Part shown: in pieces, positions 51,601 to 63,142 of the stretch
How positions within the stretch are numbered: the stretch's first letter is position 1
How the letters are laid out: every line of letters starts with the position of its first letter
Source of the DNA: Heterodontus francisci
Lineage: Eukaryota
Reading direction: 5' to 3'
DNA length: 64,000 nt
Assembly: GCF_036365525.1 (NCBI RefSeq)
Contig: NC_090399.1
Location: 57,878,430 to 57,942,429, forward strand
Notes under the pieces: model-generated
Databases searched by the model: none
The model's input: only the letters and a program-made list of their open reading frames with translations
Told to the model about the DNA's origin: nothing
Translations under genes and position numbers: made by a program

Positions 51601-54600
51601 GATCAGAGGGAGAGATTGGTGGGTGTGGTCACAGAGAGATCAGAGGGAAAGATTGGAGGGTGTGGTCACAGAGAGATCAGAGAGAGTGATTGGAGGGTGT
51701 GGTCACATAGAGATCAGAGAGAGAGATTGGAGGGTGTGGTCACAGAGAGATCAGAGGGAGAGATTGGAGGGTGTGGTCACAGAGAGATCAGAGGGAGAGA
51801 TTGGTGGGTGTGGTCACAGAGAGATCAGAGGGAGAGATTGGAGGGTGTGGCACAGAGAGCTCAGAGGGAGAGATTGGAGGCTGTGGTCACAGAGAGATCA
51901 GAGGGAGAGATTGGAGGGTGTGGTCACAGAGAGATCAGAGGGAAAGAGTGGAGGGTGTGGCACAGAGAGCTCAGAGGGAGAGATTGGAGGGTGTGGTCAC
52001 AGAGAGATCAGAGAGATTGGAGGTTGTGGTCACAGAGAGATCAGAGGGAGAGATTGTAGGGTGTGATCACAGAGTGCTCAGAGGGAGAGATTGGAGGGTG
52101 TGGTCACAGAGAGATCAGAGGGAGAGATTGGAGGCTGTGGTCACAGAGAGATCAGAGGGAGAGATTGGAGGGTCTGGTCACAGAGAGATCAGAGGGAAAG
52201 ATTGGAGGGTCTGGTCACAGAGAGATCAGAGGGAGAGATTGGAGGGTCTGGTCACAGAGAAATCAGAGAGAGAGATGGGAGGGTGTGGACACAGAGAGAT
52301 CAGAGAGAGAGATTGGAGGGTGTGGTCACAGAGAGATCAGAGAGAGAGATGGGAGGGTGTGGTCACAGAGAGGTCAGAGTGAGAGATTGGAGGGTGTGGT
52401 CACAGAGATATCAGAGAGAGTGATTGGTGGGTGTGGTCACAGAGAGATCAGAGGGAGAGATTGGAGGGTGTGGTCACAGAGAGATCAGAGAGAGAGATTG
52501 GTGGGTGTGGTCACAGAGAGATCAGAGGGAGAGATTGGAGGGTGTGGTCACAGAGAGATCAGAGAGAGAGATGGGAGGGTGTGGACACAGAGAGATCAGA
52601 GAGAGTGATTGGAGGGTGTGGTCACAGAGAGGTCAGAGTGAGAGATTGGAGGGTGTGGTCACAGAGATATCAGAGAGAGTGATTGGTGGGTGTGGTCACA
52701 GAGAGATCAGAGGGAGAGATTGGAGGGTGTGGTCACAGAGAGATCAGAGAGAGAGATGGGAGGGTGTGGTCACAGAGAGATGAGAGAGAGAGATTGGTGG
52801 GTGTGGTCTCAGAGAGATCAGAGGGAGAGATTGGTGGGTGCGGTCACAGAGAGATCAGAGGGAGAGATTGGAGGGTCTGGTCACAGACAGATCAGAGAGA
52901 GAGATGGGAGGGTGTGGTCACAGAGAGATCAGAGGGAGAGATTGGAGGGTGTGGTCACAGAGAGATCAGAGGGAGAGATTGGAGGGTCTAGTCACAGAGA
53001 GATCAGAGGGAGAGATTGGAGGGTGTGGTCACAGAGAGTTCAGAGGGAGAGATTGGAGGGTGTGGTCACAGAGAGATCAGAGGGAGAGATTGGAGGGTGT
53101 GGTCACAGAGAGATCAGAGAGAGAGATTGGAGGGTGTGGTCACAGAGAGATCAGAGGGAGAGATTGGAGGGTGTGTTCACAGAGAGATCAGAGGGAGAGA
53201 TTGGAGGGTGTGGTCACAGAGAGATCAGAGGGAAAGATTGGAGGGTGTAGTCACAGAGAGATCAGAGAGAGAGATTGGAGGGTGTGGTCACAGAGAGGTC
53301 AGAGGGAGAGATTGGTGGGATGTCACAGAGAGATCAGAGGGAGAGATTGGAGGGTGTGGTCACAGAGAGATCAGAGAGAGAGATTGGAGGGTGTGGTCAC
53401 AGAGAGATCAGAGGGAAAGATTGGAGTGTGTGGTCACAGAGAGATCAGAGAGAGAGATTGGAGGGTCTGGTCACAGAGAGATCAGAGGGAAAGATTGGAG
53501 GGTCTGGTCACAGAGAAATCAGAGAGAGAGATGGGAGGGTGTGGACACAGAGAGATCTGAGAGAGTGATTGGAGGGTGTGGTCACAGAGAGGTCAGAGTG
53601 AGAGATTGGAGGGTGTGGTCACAGAGATATCAGAGAGAGTGATTGGTGGGTGTGGTCACAGAGAGATCAGAGGGAGAGATTGGAGGGTGTGGTCACAGAG
53701 AGATCAGAGAGAGAGATGGGAGGGTGTGGTCACAGAGAGATGAGAGAGAGAGATTGGTGGGTGTGGTCACAGAGAGATCAGAGGGAGAGATTGGTGGGTG
53801 TGGTCACAGAGAGATCAGAGGGAGAGATTGGAGGGTCTGGTCACAGACAGATCAGAGAGAGAGATGGGAGGGTGTGGTCACAGAGAGATCAGAGGGAGAG
53901 ATTGGAGGGTGTGGTCACAGAGAGATCAGAGGGAGAGATTGGAGGGTCTAGTCACAGAGAGATCAGAGGGAGAGATTGGAGGGTGTGGTCACAGAGAGAT
54001 GAGAGAGAGAGATTGGTGGGTGTGGTCACAGAGAGATCAGAGGGAGAGATTGGAGGGTGTGTTCACAGAGAGATCAGAGGGAGAGATTGGAGGGTGTGGT
54101 AACAGAGAGATTAGAGAGAGAGATTGGAGGGTGTGGTCACAGAGAGATCAGAGGGAGAGATTGGAGGGTGTGTTCACAGAGAGATCAGAGGGAGAGATTT
54201 GAGGGTGTGGTCACAGAGAGATCAGAGGGAAAGATTGGAGGGTGTAGTCACAGAGAGATCAGAGAGAGAGATTGGAGGGTGTGGTCACAGAGAGGTCAGA
54301 GGGAGAGATTGGTGGGATGACACAGAGAGATCAGAGGGAGAGATTGGAGGGTGTGGTCACAGAGAGATCAGAGAGAGAGATTGGAGGGTGTGGTCACAGA
54401 GAGATCAGAGAGAGAGATTGGAGAGTGTGGTCACCGAGAGATCAGAGGGAGAGATTGGTGGGTGTGGTCACTGAGAGATCAGAGGGAGGGATTGGAGGGT
54501 GTGGTCACAGAGAAATCAGAGAGAGTGATTGGAGGGTGTGGTCACAGAGAGCTCAGAGGGAGAGATTGGAGGGTGTGGTCACAGAGAGCTCAGAGGGAGA

Positions 54601-56262
54601 GATTGGAGGGTGTGGTCACTGAGAGATCAGAGGGAGAGATTGGTGGGTGTGGTCACAGAGAGATCAGAGGGAAAGATTGGAGGGTGTGGTCACAGAGAGA
54701 TCAGAGAGAGTGATTGGAGGGTGTGGTCACATAGAGATCAGAGAGAGAGATTGGAGGGTGTGGTCACAGAGAGATCAGAGGGAGAGATTGGAGGGTGTGG
54801 TCACAGAGAGATCAGAGGGAGAGATTGGTGGGTGTGGTCACAGAGAGATCAGAGGGAGAGATTGGAGGGTGTGGCTCAGAGGGAGAGATTGGAGGCTGTG
54901 GTCACAGAGAGATCAGAGGGAGAGATTGGAGGGTGTGGTCACAGAGAGATCAGAGGGAAAGAGTGGAGGGTGTGGCACAGAGAGCTCAGAGGGAGAGATT
55001 GGAGGGTGTGGTCACAGAGAGATCAGAGAGATTGGAGGTTGTGGTCACAGAGAGATCAGAGGGAGAGATTGTAGGGTGTGATCACAGAGTGCTCAGAGGG
55101 AGAGATTGGAGGGTGTGGTCACAGAGAGATCAGAGGGAGAGATTGGAGGCTGTGGTCACAGAGAGATCAGAGGGAGAGATTGGAGTGTCTGGTCACAGAG
55201 AGATCAGAGGGAAAGATTGGAGGGTCTGGTCACAGAGAGATCAGAGGGAGAGATTGGAGGGTCTGGTCACAGAGAAATCAGAGAGAGAGATGGGAGGGTG
55301 TGGACACAGAGAGATCAGAGAGAGAGATTGGAGGGTGTGGTCACAGAGAGATCAGAGAGAGAGATGGGAGGGTGTGGTCACAGAGAGGTCAGAGTGAGAG
55401 ATTGGAGGGTGTGGTCACAGAGATATCAGAGAGAGTGATTGGTGGGTGTGGTCACAGAGAGATCAGAGGGAGAGATTGGAGGGTGTGGTCACAGAGAGAT
55501 CAGAGAGAGAGATGGGAGGGTGTGGACACAGAGAGATCAGAGAGAGTGATTGGAGGGTGTGGTCACAGAGAGGTCAGAGTGAGAGATTGGAAGGTGTGGT
55601 CACAGAGATATCAGAGAGAGTGATTGGTGGGTGTGGTCACAGAGAGATCAGAGGGAGAGATTGGAGGGTGTGGTCACAGAGAGATCAGAGGGAGAGATTG
55701 GAGGGTGCGGTCACAGAGAGATGAGAGAGAGAGATTGGTGGGTGTGGTCTCAGAGAGATCAGAGAGAGAGATGGGAGGGTGTGGTCACAGAGAGATGAGA
55801 GAGAGAGATTGGTGGGTGTGGTCTCAGAGAGATCAGAGGGAGAGATTGGTGGGTGTGGTCACAGAGAGATCAGAGGGAGAGATTGGAGGGTCTGGTCACA
55901 GACAGATCAGAGAGAGAGATGGGAGGGTGTGGTCACAGAGAGATGAGAGAGAGAGATTGGTGGGTGTGGTCTCAGAGAGATCAGAGGGAGAGATTGGTGG
56001 GTGTGGTCACAGAGAGATGAGAGAGAGAGATTGGAGGGTGTGGTCTCAGAGAGATCAGAGGGAGAGATTGGTGGGTGTGGTCACAGAGAGATCGGAGAGA
56101 GAGATGGGAGGGTGTGGTCACAGAGAGATGAGAGAGAGAGATTGGTGGGTGTGGTCTCAGAGAGATCAGAGGGAGAGATTGGTGGGTGTGGTCACAGAGA
56201 GATCAGAGGGAGAGATTGGAGGGTCTGGTCACAGACAGATCAGAGAGAGAGATGGGAGGGTG
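21690..56262. repeat. 37-bp satellite GGAGGGTGTGGTCACAGAGAGATCAGAGGGAGAGATT, about 34.6 kb (roughly 930 copies), with multi-kb higher-order repeats
   Basis: Directly visible. Near-identical variant ORFs recur at offsets of 8147, 7641, 7889/7891, 6459, 2987, 1182 and 740 bp. Confidence 0.99.
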
Positions 56263-57790
56263 TACACTAACAGTGTTGTTAGGAAGGGAGTTCCAGGATT
56301 TTGACCGAACAACAATGACATAGTTCTAAGTCAGGATGGTATGTGTCTTGGAGGGGAACTTGCAGGTGGTGGTGTTCCTGTGCATCTGCTGCCCTTGCCT
56401 TTCTAGCTGGTAAAGGTCGCAGTTTTGGAAGGTGCTGCCGAAGGAAACTTGGCAAGTTGCTGCAGTGCATCTTGTGGATGGTACACACTGCTGCCACTGT
56501 GTGTTAGTGGCGAAGGGAGTGAATGTTGAAGGTGGTGGATAAGATGCCAGACAAGCAGGCTACTTTGCCCTGGATGGCTTCGAGCTTCTTAAGTGTCATT
56601 GGAGCTGCACCCTTCCAGGAAAGTGGAGAGTATTCCATCACACTCCTGACTTGTGCCTTGTAGATGGTGGACAGGCATTGGGGAGAGAAGAGGTGAGTTA
56701 CTCACCACAGAACTTCCAGCCTCAAACCTGCTATTGTAGCGATAGTATTTATATGATTGATCCAGTGAAATTTATGGTCAAAGGTAACCCCCAGGATGTT
56801 GATGGTGAGGATTCAGTGATGGCAATGACATTGAATGTCAAAGGGAGTTGGTTACAGACGGGCAGTAACATGTGAGGAGTTGTGAATGTTACTGAACACT
56901 GTACAATCATCAACAAATATCCCCACTTCAGACCATATGATTGAGGGAAGATCATTTATGAAGCAGCTGAAGATGTTTGGGCCTAGGACACTACCCTGAG
57001 GAACTGCTGCAGTGATGAAGCTGAGATGATTGGCCTCCAACAACCACAACCATCTTCCTTTGTACTAGATATGACTCCAACCAGTGGGCAGTTTTGTCCC
57101 TGATTCCCACTGACTTCAGTTTTGCGAGGGCTCCTTGATGCTACACTTAGTCAATTGCTCCCTTGATGTCAAGGACTGTTACTCTCACTTCAGCTCTGGA
57201 ATTCAGCTCTTTTCTCCATGGCTGAACTAAGGCTGCAATACGGTCTGGAACTGAATTGCCCTGCTGGAACACAAACTCAGCATCAGTGATCAGTTTCGTG
57301 ATGAATAAGTGCTGCTTGAGAGTACTGTCAATGACATTTTCCATCATTTTGCTGATTATTGAGAGTAAAATCAAGGGGCGGCAATTGAATGAATTGGATG
57401 TGTCCTGTAATTCGTGGACAGGATATACCTGGGCAATTTTCCACATTGTCGGGTAGACTTCCAGTGTTGTAGCTGTAATGCAACAGTTTGACTCTGAGTG
57501 CAGTGAGCTCTGGAGCAGTGCTCTCAAGCAGCACTTATTCATCACTAAACTGATCACTGATGCTGAGTTTGGGTTTCGGCAGGGCTATTCAGTTCCAGCC
57601 CTTATTACAGCCTTCAGTATTACAGCTGGGATACATTCGGGGTCCATAGCCTTTGCTGTATCAAGTCCTTTCAGCCCATTCTTGATATTACGTGGAGTGA
57701 ATCAAATTTTCTGAAGACTGACCACTACGATGCCTGGGACCCCAGCAGGAGGCCAAGATGGATCATCCACTCGGCAATTCAACGTCATTA
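56263..57790 (-). mobile_element. Decayed non-LTR retrotransposon (CR1/L2 group) RT region
   Basis: The minus-strand peptides VPQGSVLGPNIFSCFINDLP...FVDDCT, WKIAQVYPVH, RPLILLSIISKMME and LDIKGAID are LINE RT motifs, broken by stops and frameshifts. Confidence 0.9.
57229..57614. repeat. 99-bp inverted repeat (57229-57327 / 57516-57614) inside the LINE
   Basis: The arms are reverse complements, with about 9 mismatches by manual count. LKQHLFITKLITDAEF appears on both strands in the ORF track. Confidence 0.92.
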
Positions 57791-58044
57791 ATGGGGCCTA
57801 ACAGCAGACCATGCTTTTTAACATGAGGTCGTCTTTGACCATCATCCATATATCCAACTTTGAGAGATTCTCCCAGATAGCGGTGGAGGTTCATGATTTC
57901 TGGATACTGATAGACTCTGTGCTGTGTGAAGTGTGATCCATGGTAATTCTGCACACTCCAGCCGGGAGGGGGATTTTAGGAGCCAATGTGTCAGGACAAT
58001 GCAGTCTCCTGATAGATTCCGTAAATCAATACCTGTGATTTGGC

Positions 58045-58176
58045 GGTTGGGGGGTGGGGGGAGTGGGTGCAGTCAGGGTGGAGGGTGGGGGTGTGGGGGG
58101 GGGGGGGCAGTCAGGGTGGGGGATGGGGGGTGGGGGGAGGAGGGCAGTCGGGGTGGGGGATGGGGGGGAGGGGGGG
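58045..58176 (+). repeat. G-run low-complexity tract with three GCAGTC(A/G)GGGTGG units; potential G-quadruplex
   Basis: More than ten runs of 3 or more G within about 130 bp. Confidence 0.75.
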
Positions 58177-58229
58177 ATCTGCCGAGAAATTTCAGATACT
58201 CATTCTGTAATTGCGATTAAAAAGGCAAA

Positions 58230-60290
58230 AAGTGATTGACGCACTCGCTCAAATTTATAACAAGTTTGTTGCTAAATTAACTCATGACTGTGACTCTTCT
58301 ACAATGAAGAGGCAATAAATGAGCCCCTACATTCCTTCACTGAACAGAACAATATTCTGAAAGACAGTCACCCATGTACACGCAATGATACGATCTCTAT
58401 TATAGCAGCATGTTATTAGAAAAGGCATGTTCACCACAAATTCACCAATCTGACCAATTAAAAAGCCTGATGGCAGCTGGCACCTGACCAATGATTATCG
58501 GAAGTTGAATTCTGTCACACCAGCATGTGCTCCAGTGGTGCGAGAAACTCAAACCATCCTGTCCCAAGTCCCAATGACTCAGTGTTTTTCCACATTGGAA
58601 GTTGCTGATAGTTCCTGGAGCATCCCCGTTCGACGGGAAGACCAGAATAAATTTGCCTTTACATTTGAGGATCAGAGTTATATGTGGATGTGACTCCCAC
58701 AAGACTTTCAGAATGTGATGACGTTATTCCAGAAACATATGGCCGCTGCTATTAAAGCCTTTTTACAACCACAATGCTTGATACAATATGTGAATGATTT
58801 ACTGTTGGTTCCCAGCACTAAGGAAGAACATGTCCTGCTTTAGAAGATCTCCGACAGTTATTGCAGAAACAGGATTAAAACCCAATCTCCGCAAGGCCCT
58901 GTTGATACAGCAGCAACGTGTCACCTTATGGAGAGTGTCAGTGTCAGTTACTGTTCAGGAACCTGATATTCTAAATGTTCAGACTATATAAACATTACCA
59001 CATCCCACTTCTAAAACTGTTTGTGATCATTTCTCAGACCAGTCGGTTGTCAGAAAATGTTTATCCTGCGGTCTGCCGAATTAGATTTAAAAAACCTCCA
59101 GATGATTTACTGGGAGGGACGGAAGACAATGTATAGTCCGACTGAACACCAGGGTATACTGACACTGTCCTGTCCCTCAAGCAGGCAGGAATGCAGGCGA
59201 CATCTCAAATAGCCCTCGACCTGAGGCAGTCTTTCCACCTGAAAGGAGGGGTAACCGACCAAAGTCTGGCTGCAGGTCTCTCTCAGGATGTCCAGGGTAA
59301 CCTGTTGACAATTGCGTCACTAATCCTCACTAAAGTTGAAAAAACCCATGAGCCCTGTGAACGGTATTTGTTCACCACCTTCTGGGAAGTAAAACATTTC
59401 ACATTTCTCACAGACTTGCAGAGTTCACCTTATAGTTATCTCACTGTTCACTGAATTTACTACTGAGATCCGGGGACAGGTCAGTCTCTCCTGCTCGAAT
59501 AAACCATTGGACATTGCCGCTAATGGAGAGTCACTTGGACATTACTCCAAAACACACCACTCTGTAACCTCAAATGATGCAGTATGAGGGAGAGCCGCAT
59601 GAAAACCCGCTCCCTCTCCTTAACTTCACGGCATATCCAGTCCGGAAGTCTGCAATCAAAAACACTTCCTGATATTTACATCCAAAGCTCATCATTCCAT
59701 ATGAACGGGATATCCATGACTGGGTTTTCTGTTATTCTCCCCAACCATGTTCTTCAGTATCGATTTATCCTCCATTCCACACAATATACTGAGATGGCAA
59801 CCCGAGTCATGACATTAATCGAAACTACCGAACAACATGTGAATATTTGATCCAATAAGTGCCCATGATATTCACACTCTGCTATGCACCACCTGGGGAA
59901 CCGTCAGCATTACAGGATTGTCTGCTCATTGTGGACACATTTAACAAATGTATGGAGGCATTCCCCTGTAAAACCAGCACAACTATGGCAACAAACCAAG
60001 TCTTATGGTGTGAGGTGTTGTGCGGGTAGGAAATACATTTTCAAATGGATAGTGAACCGAGGCCCCATTTTACAGAGCAAATCTTTGCTGAATTATTGAA
60101 ATTGATGGAAGTCATTCAAAAGCTAGACGTGAGTTATCACTCACTATCCTTCGGGGTAGTTGAATGAGGCAATCGGAACTTGAAAATGAATGTTGGAAAA
60201 GTTTTGTGTCTATGTGCCTGATGACAATCTGGTCAACATTTCACTCCACCACAGGAATATCCCCTTAAAAGGAGTTGATGTGTAAAATAA
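58230..60290 (+). mobile_element. Decayed retrovirus-like pol: RT, tether/RNase H, second RNase H, integrase
   Basis: RT: NSPI*PIKKPDGSWHLTNDYRKLN, KFAFTF, W.*LPQDF, LIQYVNDLL (YVND at 58787-58798). First RH: FHL...TDQSLAAGLSQ...CERYL..FWEVKHF. Second RH: IYIQSSSFH.NG...HSTQYTEMA. Integrase: VDTFNKCMEAFP, RGPHFT, YH...FGVVE*GNRNLK. Confidence 0.85.
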
Positions 60291-60297
60291 TGCGAGT

Positions 60298-60620
60298 AAA
60301 AGCAAAATACTGCAGATGCTGGAAATCTGAAAAACAGAAAGTGCTGGAAATTCGCAACAGATCTGGCAGCATCTGTGGAGAGAGAAACAGAGTTGACTTT
60401 TCAGGTCTGTGAACTTTCAGCAGAACTGTTCAAGGTTAGAAAAGTAATAGGCTTTGAGCAAGTGAAAAGGGGAATGGGGGTAGAACAAAAGGGAAGGTGT
60501 GTGATAGGGCAGAGGGCAGGAGAGAGTAAATGACAAAGATGTCAGGGAACAAAGGCAAAGGGAGCGATAATAGTTGTGTTAAAAATCAAAGCATTAGTCC
60601 AGAGAATGTGGAAATATCAT
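60298..60620 (-). mobile_element. Penelope-like element terminal fragment (common shark repeat) with a decayed hammerhead-like core
   Basis: AAAGCAAAATACTGCAGATGCTGGAAATCTGAA...GGCAGCATCTGTGGAGAGAGAAACAGAGTT. The reverse strand reads CTGCTGA..GAAAA where CTGATGA..GAAAC would be expected. Family assignment is from memory. Confidence 0.55.
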
Positions 60621-60699
60621 AACTCAGAGCCTTCCTTCTCTCTTCTACCCCTTTGTTAGACTCTGGATGGAGCATCATCATTTACAATGCTTTTCATTT

Positions 60700-60900
60700 C
60701 CTGAAGGGGTGGTAGAGGCAGGGACCCTCACAACATTGAAGAAGTATTTAGATCAGCACTTGAAACGTCATAGCGTACAAGGCTATGGGCCAAGTGCTGG
60801 AAAATGGGATTAGAATAGTTAGGTGCTTGATGGCCGGCACAGACACGATGGGTCGAAGGGCCTGTTTCTGTGCAGTGTAACTCTATGACTATATGACTCT
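60700..60900 (+). mobile_element. CR1 LINE extreme 3' end with (ATGACTCT)-type tail
   Basis: GTGGTAGAGGCAGG...GGCTATGGGCCAAGTGCTGGAAAATGGGATTAG...GGGTCGAAGGGCCTGTTTCTGTGC...CTCTATGACTATATGACTCT. Confidence 0.85.
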
Positions 60901-60904
60901 AACA

Positions 60905-62020
60905 TGCACAATCTTTAGTGTAAATGGCTGTAACATCAAATTCTAGTGAAACAACATGGGGATCTATGTTTTGAACTTCTTGTAGAAACACAAATGGGTT
61001 GTGGTCTGTATAAACTAGCACTTCCCCCGACTATTGGTACATGTACTTCAAACTGTTGAAGAGCCAGTGCAAGACTAAAGCCTCTTTCTTGATGTCAGAG
61101 AACTTTCTTTTATGTTTATTATGCTTCCTGGAAAAGTTGCTAATGGGCTTTTCCATACCAGCTTTATCATCTTGGAGCAGCACCCCTATATCACTGGTGT
61201 CGATAGCCCCCTTTAATGTTTTACTGACATCCAGAGCTGCAAGAACTGACTCTTTATCAAAATGGCCTTTGACTTCTCAAATGTTGTTTGGTATGAATCT
61301 GACTATTCAGACTTCAATTATTCCTTTAACAAATTTGTCAATGGAGTGATAACTATGTCGGAATCAGGGACAAAATTCTTGTAGAACACACATATACCCA
61401 GAAATAGTAACACTTCTTTCTTTACCTTGCGTACTGGAAAATCTATTGTTGCCTGAACTTTGGTCTCTTGCAGTAACACTTGACCTTGATGCATGATATG
61501 TCTTAAATAAGTGATCTTGGCCTTGGAAAACTTGCGTCTGCCAGGTTTATGACAATGTTAGCTTTGGCCAGCCTCTCAAATGGAGAGCTCAAATGTCTGA
61601 TATGATCGCTCCAAGTCTTGCTGTACACCAAAAGGTCATCGATGTACACAACACAATTACACAACCCAGCAATCACTTGATTGGTTAAGCTTTGAAATTG
61701 AGCTGGTGCATTTTTCATACTAAATGACATGGCATTACATTGGAACAGACCATCTGCTGTCACAAAGAATAAATTTCTTTGTCTTGGTTGGTTAAGGGAA
61801 CTTGCCAATATCCTTTAAGCAAATAGCTCTTGCTAACAAAGGCCCTTCACCAGCAGTACAATCCTCTAGCCTCTGTAATTGATAGGAGACCATCTTAGTT
61901 AACAGATTAACCTTTCGGCAATCAATGCAGAATCTTTAAGAACCGTCTGGTTATGTCTTCAGTACCACAGGAGAACTCCAACTACCTTGGCAGGGTTCAA
62001 TTATAACATTATTTAACATG
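60905..62020 (-). mobile_element. Decayed Ty3/Gypsy pol fragment (RT-RNase H)
   Basis: Minus strand: WSSPVVL, RFCIDCRKVN, FVTADGLFQCNAMSFSMKNAPAQFQ, YIDDLLVYS, IKKEAL, YTDHNPFVFL. Confidence 0.88.
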
Positions 62021-63049
62021 CATGAGGCAGTGACCCCATTCGCTGGCTGAGAAGTCAGGGGCAAGCCCACCTCTGTTGGTCCTGGAAGCCACGCTGTAAT
62101 TTTAAGTGGCCCAGGTCCTTAAATAGCCTCGGTTGGTGTTTCCACCCCTTGGAGGCAGGGTGTCCCACCTCCAGGAGCTGCTGGGTAATCAGAGGGCCAA
62201 CAGCTCTTCAGTCGCAGGAGAAGTGGCCACTGCTGGATGTGCACGCAGCAAAAAGAGGAACAATGGATGTCGCCCTTCCAAGAGGTAAGTTAGGGGGGGA
62301 GTCATGCCTCGTCGGGGACAATTGGATAGGCCCCAGCAAGGGCAGGGGGGGTTAGAGAGCAGGGCAGTGGTTAGTTTTATCTGGGAGGCCCGTGCTGCTG
62401 TGGGACCCTCCATGGGGCACAGATAGACTGATCAGGAGGGCCCCCCCACAGCCTGCAAGAGGTCACCAGATATTACCAGGCAGCCTGCTCAGGTGTTAAT
62501 GTGCCTGTCTGCCACTGGTAAATTACAGGCGGTAATGGGAAGAGGCCCTGGAGTGAGACGCAATGAATCGGCCACTTAAGGGCCTCAATTGACCTAGGGT
62601 GCGTGGGCTGTTAGCCACCTCCCCTGAAACTGGTAAAATATAACTGGGATGGGTAGGCCACAGGCACTCCTCCCTCTCACCCTCACATGTGATTGTGCCC
62701 CGAACTCCTGTCCTGGTGTGCAAAATTAAATTCCAGCCAAAATTTGAGTAGCTGGTGGGTGAGAACAGAGGCTGAGGCTGGTCTGTGTCATTCTGTGATT
62801 CTGTGATTCTATGTGGGATCAGAACACAACATTCCTTCTCTTTATTATCCTGCAGAATATCCAAAACAGTTTTCAACAGCTTATATTACCATTAATTATC
62901 AGAAGCTTTAGATTATTGCAATAATCACTGTGACTCTTTTCAATTTGAGCAACTTGCAGCAAATTGAATATCACAAAAGCAGCTGAAGCTTCATTATCAA
63001 GATGAAACATACAGTGGAGTGTAGTGATATGAGAACTTAGCTTATAATG

Positions 63050-63142
63050 TAAGATCATCGACAGGAAACATTAACTTTGTATCTGTCCTACAGATGCTGC
63101 TTCATCTGCGGAATATTTGCAATATCCACAGTACTTTGCTTT
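63050..63142 (+). mobile_element. Older inverted copy of the Penelope-like terminal repeat
   Basis: GAAACATTAACTTTGT...ACAGATGCTGC...CAGTACTTTGCTTT resembles the reverse complement of 60298-60400. Confidence 0.45.

Noticed and set aside
21294-56304. Hundreds of ORFs of the WSQRDQRERLEGVVTERSEGEIGGCGHREIRGRD type
   Set aside because: These are translations of the 37-bp satellite; all three frames give the same cyclic peptide.
11100-60290. One provirus split by about 44 kb of satellite (gag-pro on the left, RT-IN on the right)
   Set aside because: Both halves are on + and in the right order. However, each appears to contain the same RT N-terminal segment in divergent form, which favours two separate insertions.
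62020-62740. GC-richer segment that may be a non-autonomous DNA element
   Set aside because: It resembles shark interspersed repeats, but I could not define both termini or a family from the sequence alone.
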